This document shows, one piece after another, positions 9,046 to 16,817 of a stretch of DNA of 60,831 nucleotides; the stretch's first letter is position 1; every line of letters starts with the position of its first letter. Under the pieces are notes generated by a model. The model did not search any database and was not told the DNA's origin. It saw only the letters and a program-made list of their open reading frames with translations. The stretch covers positions 1 to 60,831 of the forward strand of contig CANFHJ010000003.1 of the NCBI GenBank assembly GCA_947446605.1, written 5' to 3'. Origin of the DNA: Bacteroidota bacterium. GTDB lineage: Bacteria; Bacteroidota; Bacteroidia; UKL13-3. The position numbers and the translations under genes were made by a program.

Positions 9046-9594
9046 ATGGATTTAACAACAGCAAATACCAAGTGGCAAATCATTGCAAAGTTTGGCTTTA
9101 TAAATGCGCTTTTATTAATTGCATTAAACCTAATTGTATATATTACAAATTCACAAACAAGCATAGGATTTCTAAATAGTATATTAATAATCATTATTGT
9201 TATTAGTACTAGTTATCTGGGTATTATTGCTTGTCGAAAAGAATATTTCAATGGTTTTCTAACATATGGGCAAGGTGTGGGACTTGGCTTTTTCATTAAT
9301 CTCTTGGCTTGTTTTGTCTTAAGTTTTTATACCTATATTTTCGTAGTCTTTATCGATCCAGATTTCTTAAACAATATTCTCATTCAATCAAAAAAAATGA
9401 TGATTGAACGAGGAGATTCAGAAGAGGTTATAGCCACAGGCATGGGTTGGGTGAAGAAATTTACTACGCCATTTTATTTTTCCTTATTTGCTGGTCTTGG
9501 CAATTTGTTTTCAAGCGCCATAGGCATTTTATTATTGGCAATTTTCACCCGCAAGGAAGACCCTAATTCACATTACAATTCATTGAATAATTAA
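9046..9594 (+). CDS. DUF4199-like multi-pass membrane protein
   Basis: Four hydrophobic segments. The architecture and size are typical of the Bacteroidota DUF4199 family, and it is tightly packed in the operon. Confidence 0.6.
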   Translation: MDLTTANTKWQIIAKFGFINALLLIALNLIVYITNSQTSIGFLNSILIIIIVISTSYLGIIACRKEYFNGFLTYGQGVGLGFFINLLACFVLSFYTYIFVVFIDPDFLNNILIQSKKMMIERGDSEEVIATGMGWVKKFTTPFYFSLFAGLGNLFSSAIGILLLAIFTRKEDPNSHYNSLNN

Positions 9595-9597
9595 TAA

Positions 9598-10578
9598 ATG
9601 AACGATTCTAACATAGATATTTCAGTAGTAATTCCTTTTCTTAATGAAGAGGAATCTATTCCAGAGCTTTTAGCATGGATTGAAAAGGTGATGCTTGAAA
9701 ATAATTTTTCTTACGAAATCTTATTAATTGATGATGGCAGTAGCGATCGTTCATGGAAAATTGTGGAAGAAAACAGTAGCCGTAATCCGCGTGTAAAAGC
9801 AATTAAATTCAGAAGGAATTACGGAAAATCTGCAGCACTTAATGTGGGTTTTCATGCTGTAGTAGGAAAGGTTGTAATTACCATGGATGCAGACATGCAA
9901 GATAGTCCAGATGAAATTCCAGAACTCTTTAAGATGATTACCGAAGAGGGTTACGATTTAGTGAGTGGTTGGAAAAAGAAACGCTACGATCCAATAACAA
10001 AAACCATTCCTACTAAATTTTTCAATGCTGCAACCCGTGCCATTTCTGGTATTCAATTACACGATTTTAATTGTGGCCTAAAGGCCTATAGAAACGAAGT
10101 TGTTAAGTCAATTGAAGTATACAACGAAATGCACCGGTATATTCCTGTAATAGCTAAATGGGCAGGCTTCAAAAACATTGCCGAGAAAGTAGTTCAACAC
10201 CGTGCACGTAAATATGGTTCAACCAAATTTGGCGGTATTTCTCGTTTTATCAATGGCTTTTTAGATTTGTTAACCATCTTCTTTGTTTCTAAATTTGGCA
10301 AACGTCCAATGCACTTTTTTGGTGTTTGGGGAACAGTAATGTTTATGCTTGGGTTTATGGGAGCACTTTATATTGGATTTGAAAAAATTTATTTAGTATA
10401 CCGCGGCGATATTGTTCCAAGAAATATCACCGACCAACCTTTATTCTTTCTTTGCTTGGTGTCATTAATCATTGGCTCTCAATTATTTCTTGCAGGTTTT
10501 ATTGGTGAAATGATTTCACGTAATGCTACCGAAAGAAATGTATACGGTATAACCAAACGTTTGGGCCTTGAAGGATAA
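9598..10578 (+). CDS. GT2 polyprenol-phosphate glycosyltransferase (GtrB/ArnC/DPM1-like)
   Basis: VVIPFLNEEESI, LIDDGSSD and TMDADMQDSP (DxD) motifs, plus two C-terminal TM helices as in GtrB. Confidence 0.85.
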   Translation: MNDSNIDISVVIPFLNEEESIPELLAWIEKVMLENNFSYEILLIDDGSSDRSWKIVEENSSRNPRVKAIKFRRNYGKSAALNVGFHAVVGKVVITMDADMQDSPDEIPELFKMITEEGYDLVSGWKKKRYDPITKTIPTKFFNAATRAISGIQLHDFNCGLKAYRNEVVKSIEVYNEMHRYIPVIAKWAGFKNIAEKVVQHRARKYGSTKFGGISRFINGFLDLLTIFFVSKFGKRPMHFFGVWGTVMFMLGFMGALYIGFEKIYLVYRGDIVPRNITDQPLFFLCLVSLIIGSQLFLAGFIGEMISRNATERNVYGITKRLGLEG

Positions 10579-11695
10579 GAAAAAAATCTTAATTATTGGT
10601 CCTGCTTTCCCTTTACGTGGTGGCTTGGCAACCTATGATGAACGCTTGTGCCGTGAGTTTATTTCATTAGGACATACCTGCGAAATTCTAAGTTTTTCAC
10701 TACAATATCCTTCACTTTTATTTCCTGGTAAAACGCAATTTTCTAGCGACCCAATTCCTAGCGATATTGTAATACATTCGGAAATAAATTCTATAAATCC
10801 CCTAAATTGGATTACTACAGGGAAAAAGTTTGCGAAGAAAAAATATGATCTGGTTATTATCCGATATTGGATGAGCTTTATGGCGCCAGCTTTTGGCACT
10901 ATTGCGCGTGAATTGAAAAAATCGGGGGCAAGAATCATTAGTATAACAGACAATATTGTGCCCCACGAAAAACGTTTTTTTGATACTGTCTTTACCAATT
11001 ATTTTCTAAGTGCTTGCGACGGTTTCCTAAGCATGTCGAAGGAGGTACAACAACAAGCGCAAGCTCTACAACCCAACAAAACAGTTGCTTACGTGCCGCA
11101 TCCCATGTACGATATGTTTGGTTCAGCAATTGATAAAGTAGATGCAATAAGTAAATTGGGCCTGGATCCGCAATACCATTATTTATTGTTTTTTGGCTTC
11201 ATTAGAAAATACAAGGGTTTGAATTTACTTTTAGAAAGCTTTGCAAAATTGAAGTACAAAGAATTAAAAGTAAAGCTAATTGTAGCTGGAGAGTTTTATG
11301 AGGATGCTGCTCCTTACCTTGCTCAAATAAATGAATTAGGAATAGAGGAGGAGGTAATTATGAAAACCGACTTTATTCCAAATGGAGAAGTTGCGCTTTA
11401 TTTCTCCGCGGCAGATATGGTGGTGCAAACCTACTTAAGTGCAACCCAAAGTGGGGTTACCCAAATTGCCTACTATTACAATAAACCAATGTTGGTTACC
11501 AATGTTGGTGGCTTGGCAGAATTAGTGCCGAACCAAAAGGTGGGCTATGTTTGCCCCCTTGACGCCAATGCAATTGCAGCATCCTTGACAGAATTTTATA
11601 CCCAAGAAAAAGAGAGCACTTTTGCTGCTGGCGTGGCCGATGAAAAGCAAAAATTTACCTGGAGCTATTTGACAGAAGCACTATTTTCTATTTAA
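10568..11695 (+). CDS. GT4 (GT-B fold) glycosyltransferase
   Basis: C-terminal GT1/GT4 signature region (FFGFIRKYKGLNLLLESF ... GGLAELV). The track start is TTG and overlaps the GT2 stop by 11 nt, so the start is uncertain. Confidence 0.75.
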   Translation: MKDKKKILIIGPAFPLRGGLATYDERLCREFISLGHTCEILSFSLQYPSLLFPGKTQFSSDPIPSDIVIHSEINSINPLNWITTGKKFAKKKYDLVIIRYWMSFMAPAFGTIARELKKSGARIISITDNIVPHEKRFFDTVFTNYFLSACDGFLSMSKEVQQQAQALQPNKTVAYVPHPMYDMFGSAIDKVDAISKLGLDPQYHYLLFFGFIRKYKGLNLLLESFAKLKYKELKVKLIVAGEFYEDAAPYLAQINELGIEEEVIMKTDFIPNGEVALYFSAADMVVQTYLSATQSGVTQIAYYYNKPMLVTNVGGLAELVPNQKVGYVCPLDANAIAASLTEFYTQEKESTFAAGVADEKQKFTWSYLTEALFSI

Positions 11696-11750
11696 TTTAT
11701 TGATATTCAATACATAGTGTGCTAAAAAGCTTGCATTTTTGTATTTCTAT

Positions 11751-11825
11751 TGACTGAATTTAGTATAATTCAGTCATCATAATGACTGAATTTAGCCTAA
11801 TTCAGTCATTTTAATGACTAAATTT
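11751..11825. promoter_or_regulatory. Three 32-bp-phased copies of a palindromic operator-like site
   Basis: TGACTGAATTtagtatAATTCAGTCA (11751-11776), TGACTGAATTtagcctAATTCAGTCA (11783-11808), and a half-site TGACTAAATTT (11815-11825). The starts are exactly 32 bp apart. Confidence 0.6.
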
Positions 11826-11850
11826 CATATATTTGTTGAAATTTTGAGTG

Positions 11851-12999
11851 ATGAAATATTTAGATCGTGGTATTAGCCAACATATTTTAGGAAATTTAAG
11901 GCCCAATAAGGTACTTGTTTTACTTGGGCCAAGGCGGGTTGGAAAAACCAGTCTCATCAAAAAGTTATTGGAAAATTTGAGCCAAGAAAAAGTCCTTCAT
12001 TTGAATGGAGAAGACACTGCTGTGGCTGATTTTTTGGGTCAACGAACCATTGAAAATTACAAGCGCTTACTTGCAGGTATTACCTTATTAATTATTGATG
12101 AAGCCCAAAAAATTCAAGAAATTGGTGCAATCTTAAAATTAATGGTTGATGAAATTCCTGGGATAAAAATAATTATTTCGGGTTCTTCTCAGTTTGATTT
12201 GTCTAATAAAGTTGGTGAGCCCCTAACAGGCAGAAAAATTACTTTTCAGTTGTTTCCATTGGCTCAAACGGAATACCAAATGCAAGAAAATTTAATTCAA
12301 ACAAAAGCCAACTTAGAAGACAGGTTGATTTTTGGTAGTTATCCAGAATTGCTTGACTACCCCGCAAAACAGGATAAAGTAAATTACCTAAATGAGTTGG
12401 TTCAATCCTATTTGTTAAAAGATATTTTGGCAATTGAAGGTATTCGAAATGCATCAAAAATGCTAGATTTGTTAAGGTTAATTGCATTTCAAGTTGGCAG
12501 TGAGGTTTCACATGATGAACTTGGAAAACAACTTGGAATGAGCAAAAATACAGTTGAAAAATACCTTGATTTGTTAAACAAAGTATTTGTTATTTTTAAA
12601 TTGCAAGGTTTTAGTAGAAACCTTCGTGGAGAAATTGTAAAAAGTAGCAAATGGTATTTTTACGACAATGGCATTAGAAATACCTTATTGGCCAATTTTT
12701 CTCCCTTGAGCTTAAGGCAGGATGTTGGCGTTTTATGGGAAAATTATTGCTTGTATGAACGTGTTAAATTTCAATCCATCTTGCAAATGCCCGTCAATAA
12801 TTATTTTTGGAGAACCTACCAGCAACAGGAAATAGATTGGATTGAAGAAAGGGAGGGTAACTTATTTGCCTATGAAATAAAATGGAATCCTAAAAAGACA
12901 ATTAAAGTTCCAAGTGCTTGGCATACAGCTTATCCCAATGCTAAATTTGAAATTATTAACCCTGAGAATTATATAAATTGGATTACAAACCCTGTTTAA
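11851..12999 (+). CDS. AAA+ ATPase with C-terminal DUF4143-like region (COG1373 type)
   Basis: Walker A GPRRVGKTS and Walker B LLIIDEAQ. The C-terminal half is typical of DUF4143 proteins. ATG 11851 is preferred over the GTG at 11848. Confidence 0.8.
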   Translation: MKYLDRGISQHILGNLRPNKVLVLLGPRRVGKTSLIKKLLENLSQEKVLHLNGEDTAVADFLGQRTIENYKRLLAGITLLIIDEAQKIQEIGAILKLMVDEIPGIKIIISGSSQFDLSNKVGEPLTGRKITFQLFPLAQTEYQMQENLIQTKANLEDRLIFGSYPELLDYPAKQDKVNYLNELVQSYLLKDILAIEGIRNASKMLDLLRLIAFQVGSEVSHDELGKQLGMSKNTVEKYLDLLNKVFVIFKLQGFSRNLRGEIVKSSKWYFYDNGIRNTLLANFSPLSLRQDVGVLWENYCLYERVKFQSILQMPVNNYFWRTYQQQEIDWIEEREGNLFAYEIKWNPKKTIKVPSAWHTAYPNAKFEIINPENYINWITNPV

Positions 13000-13020
13000 T
13001 TCAATTATTTAGCTATTGTC

Positions 13021-13050
13021 TTGCATTTGATCAAAATAAACTTACTTTTG
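13021..13050 (+). promoter_or_regulatory. Candidate Bacteroidota sigma-A promoter for rpsU (TTG-N19-TACTTTTG)
   Basis: TTG at 13021-13023, a 19-nt spacer, then TACTTTTG at 13043-13050, matching the TAnnTTTG -7 consensus. Confidence 0.5.
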
Positions 13051-13080
13051 CATCCCCTGTAAAGGGAGAAACTAAAGGAA

Positions 13081-13088
13081 AGGAGGTG
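13081..13088 (+). promoter_or_regulatory. Strong Shine-Dalgarno AGGAGGTG for rpsU
   Basis: It lies 8 nt upstream of ATG 13097. It is the only full AGGAGG positioned before a start codon that I found in this window. Confidence 0.8.
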
Positions 13089-13096
13089 CACAACAT

Positions 13097-13291
13097 ATGA
13101 TCCATATCAGCGTAAAAGAAAACGAATCTTTAGATAGAGCGTTAAAGAAGTTTAAGAAAAAGTTTGAAAAAACTGGCGTAGTTAAGGAACTTCGTGCCCG
13201 TCAATGTTTCACTAAGCATTGTATCAACAAGCGTCATGAGAAAATTCGTGCAGCTTACAAATTGAAAATGCAACAACAAGAACAAGCATAA
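13097..13291 (+). CDS. rpsU: 30S ribosomal protein bS21
   Basis: 64 aa and basic, with a DRALKKFKKKFEKTGVVKELRARQCFTK motif typical of S21. Confidence 0.9.
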   Translation: MIHISVKENESLDRALKKFKKKFEKTGVVKELRARQCFTKHCINKRHEKIRAAYKLKMQQQEQA

Positions 13292-13310
13292 GACCTAAGT
13301 GTTTTATATA

Positions 13311-13343
13311 AAAGCAGCCTGATTATCAGGCTGCTTTTTTTTT
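13311..13343 (+). terminator. Intrinsic terminator after rpsU
   Basis: Stem GCAGCCTGA (13314-13322), loop TTA, stem TCAGGCTGC (13326-13334), then T9. Confidence 0.85.
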
Positions 13344-13404
13344 GTTCGTTTTTATTGAAATTTCAGCTAAAAAAAGCGTATCTTGCTTTAACCAATTATA
13401 CAGA

Positions 13405-14295
13405 ATGCTACTGCAAGCCGCCATCGAACAATTTTTGAATTTTGTGCAGTTTGAGAAAAAACAATCCAAGCATTCTTCCCTTGCCTACCATTCCGACCTT
13501 CAACAATTTTCAGATTTTCTCCAAGTAAGTTATGGCGTCAAAGATTTGGAAGCCTTCAACCATTTGCAAATTCGCTCTTGGGTGGCCCATTTAATGAAAG
13601 AAGGTATTATTGCCAGAAGCATCTCTCGTAAAATATCTACCCTCAAAACTTTCTATAAATTTTTAATGAAGCAAGAGTTGGTTCGAACCAACCCCATGCA
13701 AAAAATACAGTTGCCTAAAATGGCCCATAAACTGCCTGTTTTTGTAGAAGAGAAATCAATGGTGCAGCTTTTAGAAAAAGACAGATTTGATGCAAGTTTT
13801 GAAGGCAGAAGAGACGAATTAATTTTGCAGATGTATTATGGAACCGGCATGCGTCAGTCTGAATTAATTGGCCTAAAAATGCTAGATGTAGATTTATACA
13901 AATCGCAGGTGAAAGTTTTAGGAAAAAGAAGCAAGGAAAGAATAATACCCATCACGCGTGAACTAAATCAATTGGTGCAAGCGTTTTTAGAATGCAGAAA
14001 AGAAAACAATATTGATGCACCTGTATTATTTACCACAGAAAACGGAAAGCCCATGTATCCGCGTTTGGTTTACCGCATTGTAAATGCCCAACTTTCTGAA
14101 GTTACCACCATTCAAAAAAGAAGTCCACATGTATTACGTCATACCTACGCTACGCATTTACTTAATAATGGCGCCGATTTAAACGCTATTAAAGAATTGC
14201 TTGGACATGCCAATTTATCGGCAACACAAGTGTATACGCATAACAGTATTGAGCGTTTGAAGGAAGTTTATAAAGACAAACATCCAAGATCTTAA
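13405..14295 (+). CDS. Tyrosine recombinase, XerC/XerD-like
   Basis: Start taken at MLLQAAIEQFLNF (ATG 13405), because the track start overlaps the rpsU terminator. Catalytic motifs GTGMRQSEL, HVLRHTYATHLL and GHANLSATQVYTH are present. Confidence 0.8.
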   Translation: MLLQAAIEQFLNFVQFEKKQSKHSSLAYHSDLQQFSDFLQVSYGVKDLEAFNHLQIRSWVAHLMKEGIIARSISRKISTLKTFYKFLMKQELVRTNPMQKIQLPKMAHKLPVFVEEKSMVQLLEKDRFDASFEGRRDELILQMYYGTGMRQSELIGLKMLDVDLYKSQVKVLGKRSKERIIPITRELNQLVQAFLECRKENNIDAPVLFTTENGKPMYPRLVYRIVNAQLSEVTTIQKRSPHVLRHTYATHLLNNGADLNAIKELLGHANLSATQVYTHNSIERLKEVYKDKHPRS

Positions 14296-14321
14296 AACCT
14301 GTCTGTTCTATTATTTACAAA

Positions 14322-14356
14322 GGGTTTAGCTTATAAGGCAGGTAATAAGCAAACCC
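14322..14356 (+). terminator. Hairpin after the recombinase gene (weak terminator or processing site)
   Basis: GGGTTTaGCTTAT, a 10-nt loop, then ATAAGCaAAACCC (6+6 bp with one A/A mismatch), followed by AATTTTA. Confidence 0.35.
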
Positions 14357-14374
14357 AATTTTAAATATTGCAAT

Positions 14375-14674
14375 ATGAAAATTGAAATTCAATCGATCCA
14401 TTTTAAAGCAGATCAAAAACTTCTCGATTTTATTAAAAATAAGGTAGAGAAAACACAAACTTTCTTTGATGGTGTGCAACTTGCAGAGGTATATTTAAGG
14501 TTAGAAAAAGACAAAGAGGGCGAAAATAAAGTAGTGGAAATAAAAATGAATGTGGCTGGAAATCCCATTTTTGCAAAGGAACACGATAGCACCTTTGAGG
14601 CCGCTACAGATATTGTATTGGATAAATTAGTTGCTCAAATTCGTAAACAAAAAGAAAAGCTGCACGCTAAATAG
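14375..14674 (+). CDS. hpf: Ribosome hibernation factor, short HPF/RaiA form
   Basis: 99 aa. MKIEIQSIHFKADQKLLDFIKNKVEK and the sigma-54-modulation/S30EA fold pattern. Confidence 0.85.
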   Translation: MKIEIQSIHFKADQKLLDFIKNKVEKTQTFFDGVQLAEVYLRLEKDKEGENKVVEIKMNVAGNPIFAKEHDSTFEAATDIVLDKLVAQIRKQKEKLHAK

Positions 14675-14686
14675 TCAATAGGCGAT

Positions 14687-14730
14687 AGTCCATAGTAAAT
14701 CAAACATGGATCATGGACCATTAACTATGG
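14687..14730. repeat. REP-like palindromic units between convergent hpf and M14 peptidase genes
   Basis: AGTCCATAGT (14687-14696) is identical to 3896-3905. ATGGACCATTAACTATGG (14713-14730) matches ATGGTCCATCGACTATGG (4030-4047) at 15 of 18 positions. TCCATAGT and ACTATGGA form inverted arms. Confidence 0.55.
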
Positions 14731-14745
14731 AGCATGGCCCATCAA

Positions 14746-16467
14746 TTATTCAATGGTGTAAACGGGGAACCTCAGGTATTCTTTTTCGAAGTAAGGTGAG
14801 TTTTTGTAAATAAAACCTAGTACTTCAAATTTACTTTTTGTCTTTTCTGGATATTGTGTTTTCCAATTTTCAAATTTTTGTTGGAGTAGGCTATCATTTG
14901 CTAGAAATTCAATGGCATCTTCTTCAAAAGCATAATCAGAAAAGCCTTCCTTTTCATTTAAAATTGGGTCAAAGAAATTCCATGCCATAAAGCCGTCCGA
15001 CGTTTGTGCACTTAGCGTTTCCATTAAGTACCAAATTCCGTTTTGTTGGCTCGGAATAATTAGGTCACCTTTATAAAATTTAACTGCCATCAATTGTTCT
15101 TTGGTTTCAATGCCACTGTGCACAAAATGGCCTTCATATGGCCTGTTGGCGTATTGTATTTTGTCAATATAATTGGTTCGAACCAACATTAGCGTATCTG
15201 TTTTGAGCGCCATCATTTCAATTTGATTGGCTTTTAGTAATGCAATTGCCTTTTGCCAAGAGGCAGGAACTACAAAATAGGAGGGAATAGATCCTTGCCA
15301 ATTGGCTTTGCAAGAATCGTAATACGGAATGGTTTTGGTGTATGGCTTATTTCGGTTGTAAAAATCTCTTTCGTAGTTGCCAATTTTGCTTGGCTTTAAT
15401 TCCATTTCAAAGCCTTTAAAATCTATGTTTTTATGGCTATTTCTATCTACTTTAAAATTACTGTTATAGGTTTTTTGTTCCCTCATCCATAGTAATTGTG
15501 CTTGTTTGGTTCGAACCAATTCTTGCTTATTTTGTTTGATAAAGTTGAGTAAGCTGCTTAAAAGTTCATATGTGGCATTTACCCTATCAGGAAAAGGTTT
15601 TAGCATATGCGTTTCAGCCACAAATCCTAAGCAGGCAAATAGGCTGGTATAGCCAGTAGAAAATTTTGGTCCCTCCACAAATACTTCAAACCCTTGCGCA
15701 TCGGGCGATTGGCTGAATACATTTACATAAGGACTCATTTCTAAACCTTTCTTTTTCATGTTTTGAAACAGAAAAGGATTCATTTTTTTGTACAGGAAAT
15801 CTGCTGCTGGTCCGCCTAATTTTTGTTCCTGTGTGCTTATGAGTGTAATGGTGTATTGATAGTCGGCCCCGTTAGAAGTATGGGTATCTAAAAACACATG
15901 TGGTTGCCAATCTTGAAAGATTTGGTAAAACACTTGGGTGTTTTTCGAGTCGGCCTTAATGAAATCGCGGTTTAGATCTAGGTTATTGGCACTGGCCCGA
16001 AACCCTTTTTCATCTGGTCCGTTTTGGTTGGCTCGGGTAAAGTGTTTACGGTTGCGCATGCCATCTACGTTATAGCTTGGTACAATTATTATGGTAACGC
16101 TATCCGGAATTAGATTTGGGTTTTGAGCGAGGGCGCTAACAAAAGCAACTGAAGCGTCAATGCCTTCACTTTCGCCAGGGTGTATGCCATTTAAAATGAA
16201 CCAAACAGCCTTTTTTGCGGAGGGATTGGGTTTGAATTGTTGCTGTTTGTCTATGATTAAAAGGTGGATGGGGTTACCCGCATCGCTATAACCGGCAATT
16301 TCTAACGACATATAAGGACTAGCCACATCTGCCTTTTGATAGGCGGTAATGGTTTGCTCAAATGTTAGGGAAATATTTTGCTGGAATTTGAGTTTTGGCA
16401 GTTGTGCCCTTAGAAAATTACTAAAATTTCCAAGTAATAGGAGAGATAGCAGACATCTTTTTATCAT
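14746..16467 (-). CDS. M14-family zinc carboxypeptidase (secreted)
   Basis: N-terminal signal peptide, the zinc motif NGIHPGESEG (HxxE), and a downstream HTSNG histidine ligand region. Confidence 0.8.
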   Translation of the reverse strand: MIKRCLLSLLLLGNFSNFLRAQLPKLKFQQNISLTFEQTITAYQKADVASPYMSLEIAGYSDAGNPIHLLIIDKQQQFKPNPSAKKAVWFILNGIHPGESEGIDASVAFVSALAQNPNLIPDSVTIIIVPSYNVDGMRNRKHFTRANQNGPDEKGFRASANNLDLNRDFIKADSKNTQVFYQIFQDWQPHVFLDTHTSNGADYQYTITLISTQEQKLGGPAADFLYKKMNPFLFQNMKKKGLEMSPYVNVFSQSPDAQGFEVFVEGPKFSTGYTSLFACLGFVAETHMLKPFPDRVNATYELLSSLLNFIKQNKQELVRTKQAQLLWMREQKTYNSNFKVDRNSHKNIDFKGFEMELKPSKIGNYERDFYNRNKPYTKTIPYYDSCKANWQGSIPSYFVVPASWQKAIALLKANQIEMMALKTDTLMLVRTNYIDKIQYANRPYEGHFVHSGIETKEQLMAVKFYKGDLIIPSQQNGIWYLMETLSAQTSDGFMAWNFFDPILNEKEGFSDYAFEEDAIEFLANDSLLQQKFENWKTQYPEKTKSKFEVLGFIYKNSPYFEKEYLRFPVYTIE

Positions 16468-16655
16468 AATTGGCTATTAATAGCTTTGGCAATTTGGGAG
16501 AATTTTCTCGAAAAAAAATATTTTTCACTAAAAGAGGGTTTAACATTTGCGGGATAAATAGGGTTGAGGGCAAGTTATTTTGATTTTTTTTAAGAATTAA
16601 ATCCTTGAAAAGCAGGCATTATTTAGGAAAAATTAGAATTAGGGTTTAAAAATTC

Positions 16656-16685
16656 TTGCCATTTTAGGGTAAGTTTATACATTTG
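16656..16685 (+). promoter_or_regulatory. Candidate promoter P1 upstream of the tRNA-tuf cluster (TTG-N19-TACATTTG)
   Basis: TTG at 16656-16658, a 19-nt spacer, then TACATTTG at 16678-16685. Confidence 0.5.
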
Positions 16686-16734
16686 CCCCACTGTTACGCT
16701 TCAAAGTTCTCTTTAATTTTTTTTTGCTTCCTAC

Positions 16735-16764
16735 TTGTAAACATCCTGCAAAACACTACATTTG
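16735..16764 (+). promoter_or_regulatory. Candidate promoter P2 upstream of the tRNA-tuf cluster (TTG-N19-TACATTTG)
   Basis: TTG at 16735-16737, a 19-nt spacer, then TACATTTG at 16757-16764. Confidence 0.5.
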
Positions 16765-16817
16765 CAGTCCTTTTGAAAAAGAAAGGCGAAATGTAGAAAC
16801 GTTCTTTGCAGGTTAAC

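Noticed and set aside
11345-11362. GAGGAGGAGG followed 5 nt later by an in-frame ATG inside the GT4 gene, which could indicate an internal SD and start. A similar GAAGGAGGT occurs at about 11038-11046.
   Set aside because: The purine run is simply the codons for Glu-Glu-Glu (IEEEVIM). The GT4 fold requires the upstream N-terminal domain, and there is no evidence for an internal start. It is noted only because SD-like sequences are otherwise rare here.
13405-14295. The tyrosine recombinase next to a tRNA cluster as evidence of an integrated mobile element.
   Set aside because: No other mobile-element genes, no flanking direct repeats of tRNA 3' ends and no compositional break are visible. The neighbours are core translation genes. 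I treat it as a chromosomal Xer-type recombinase; see the finding for the residual uncertainty.
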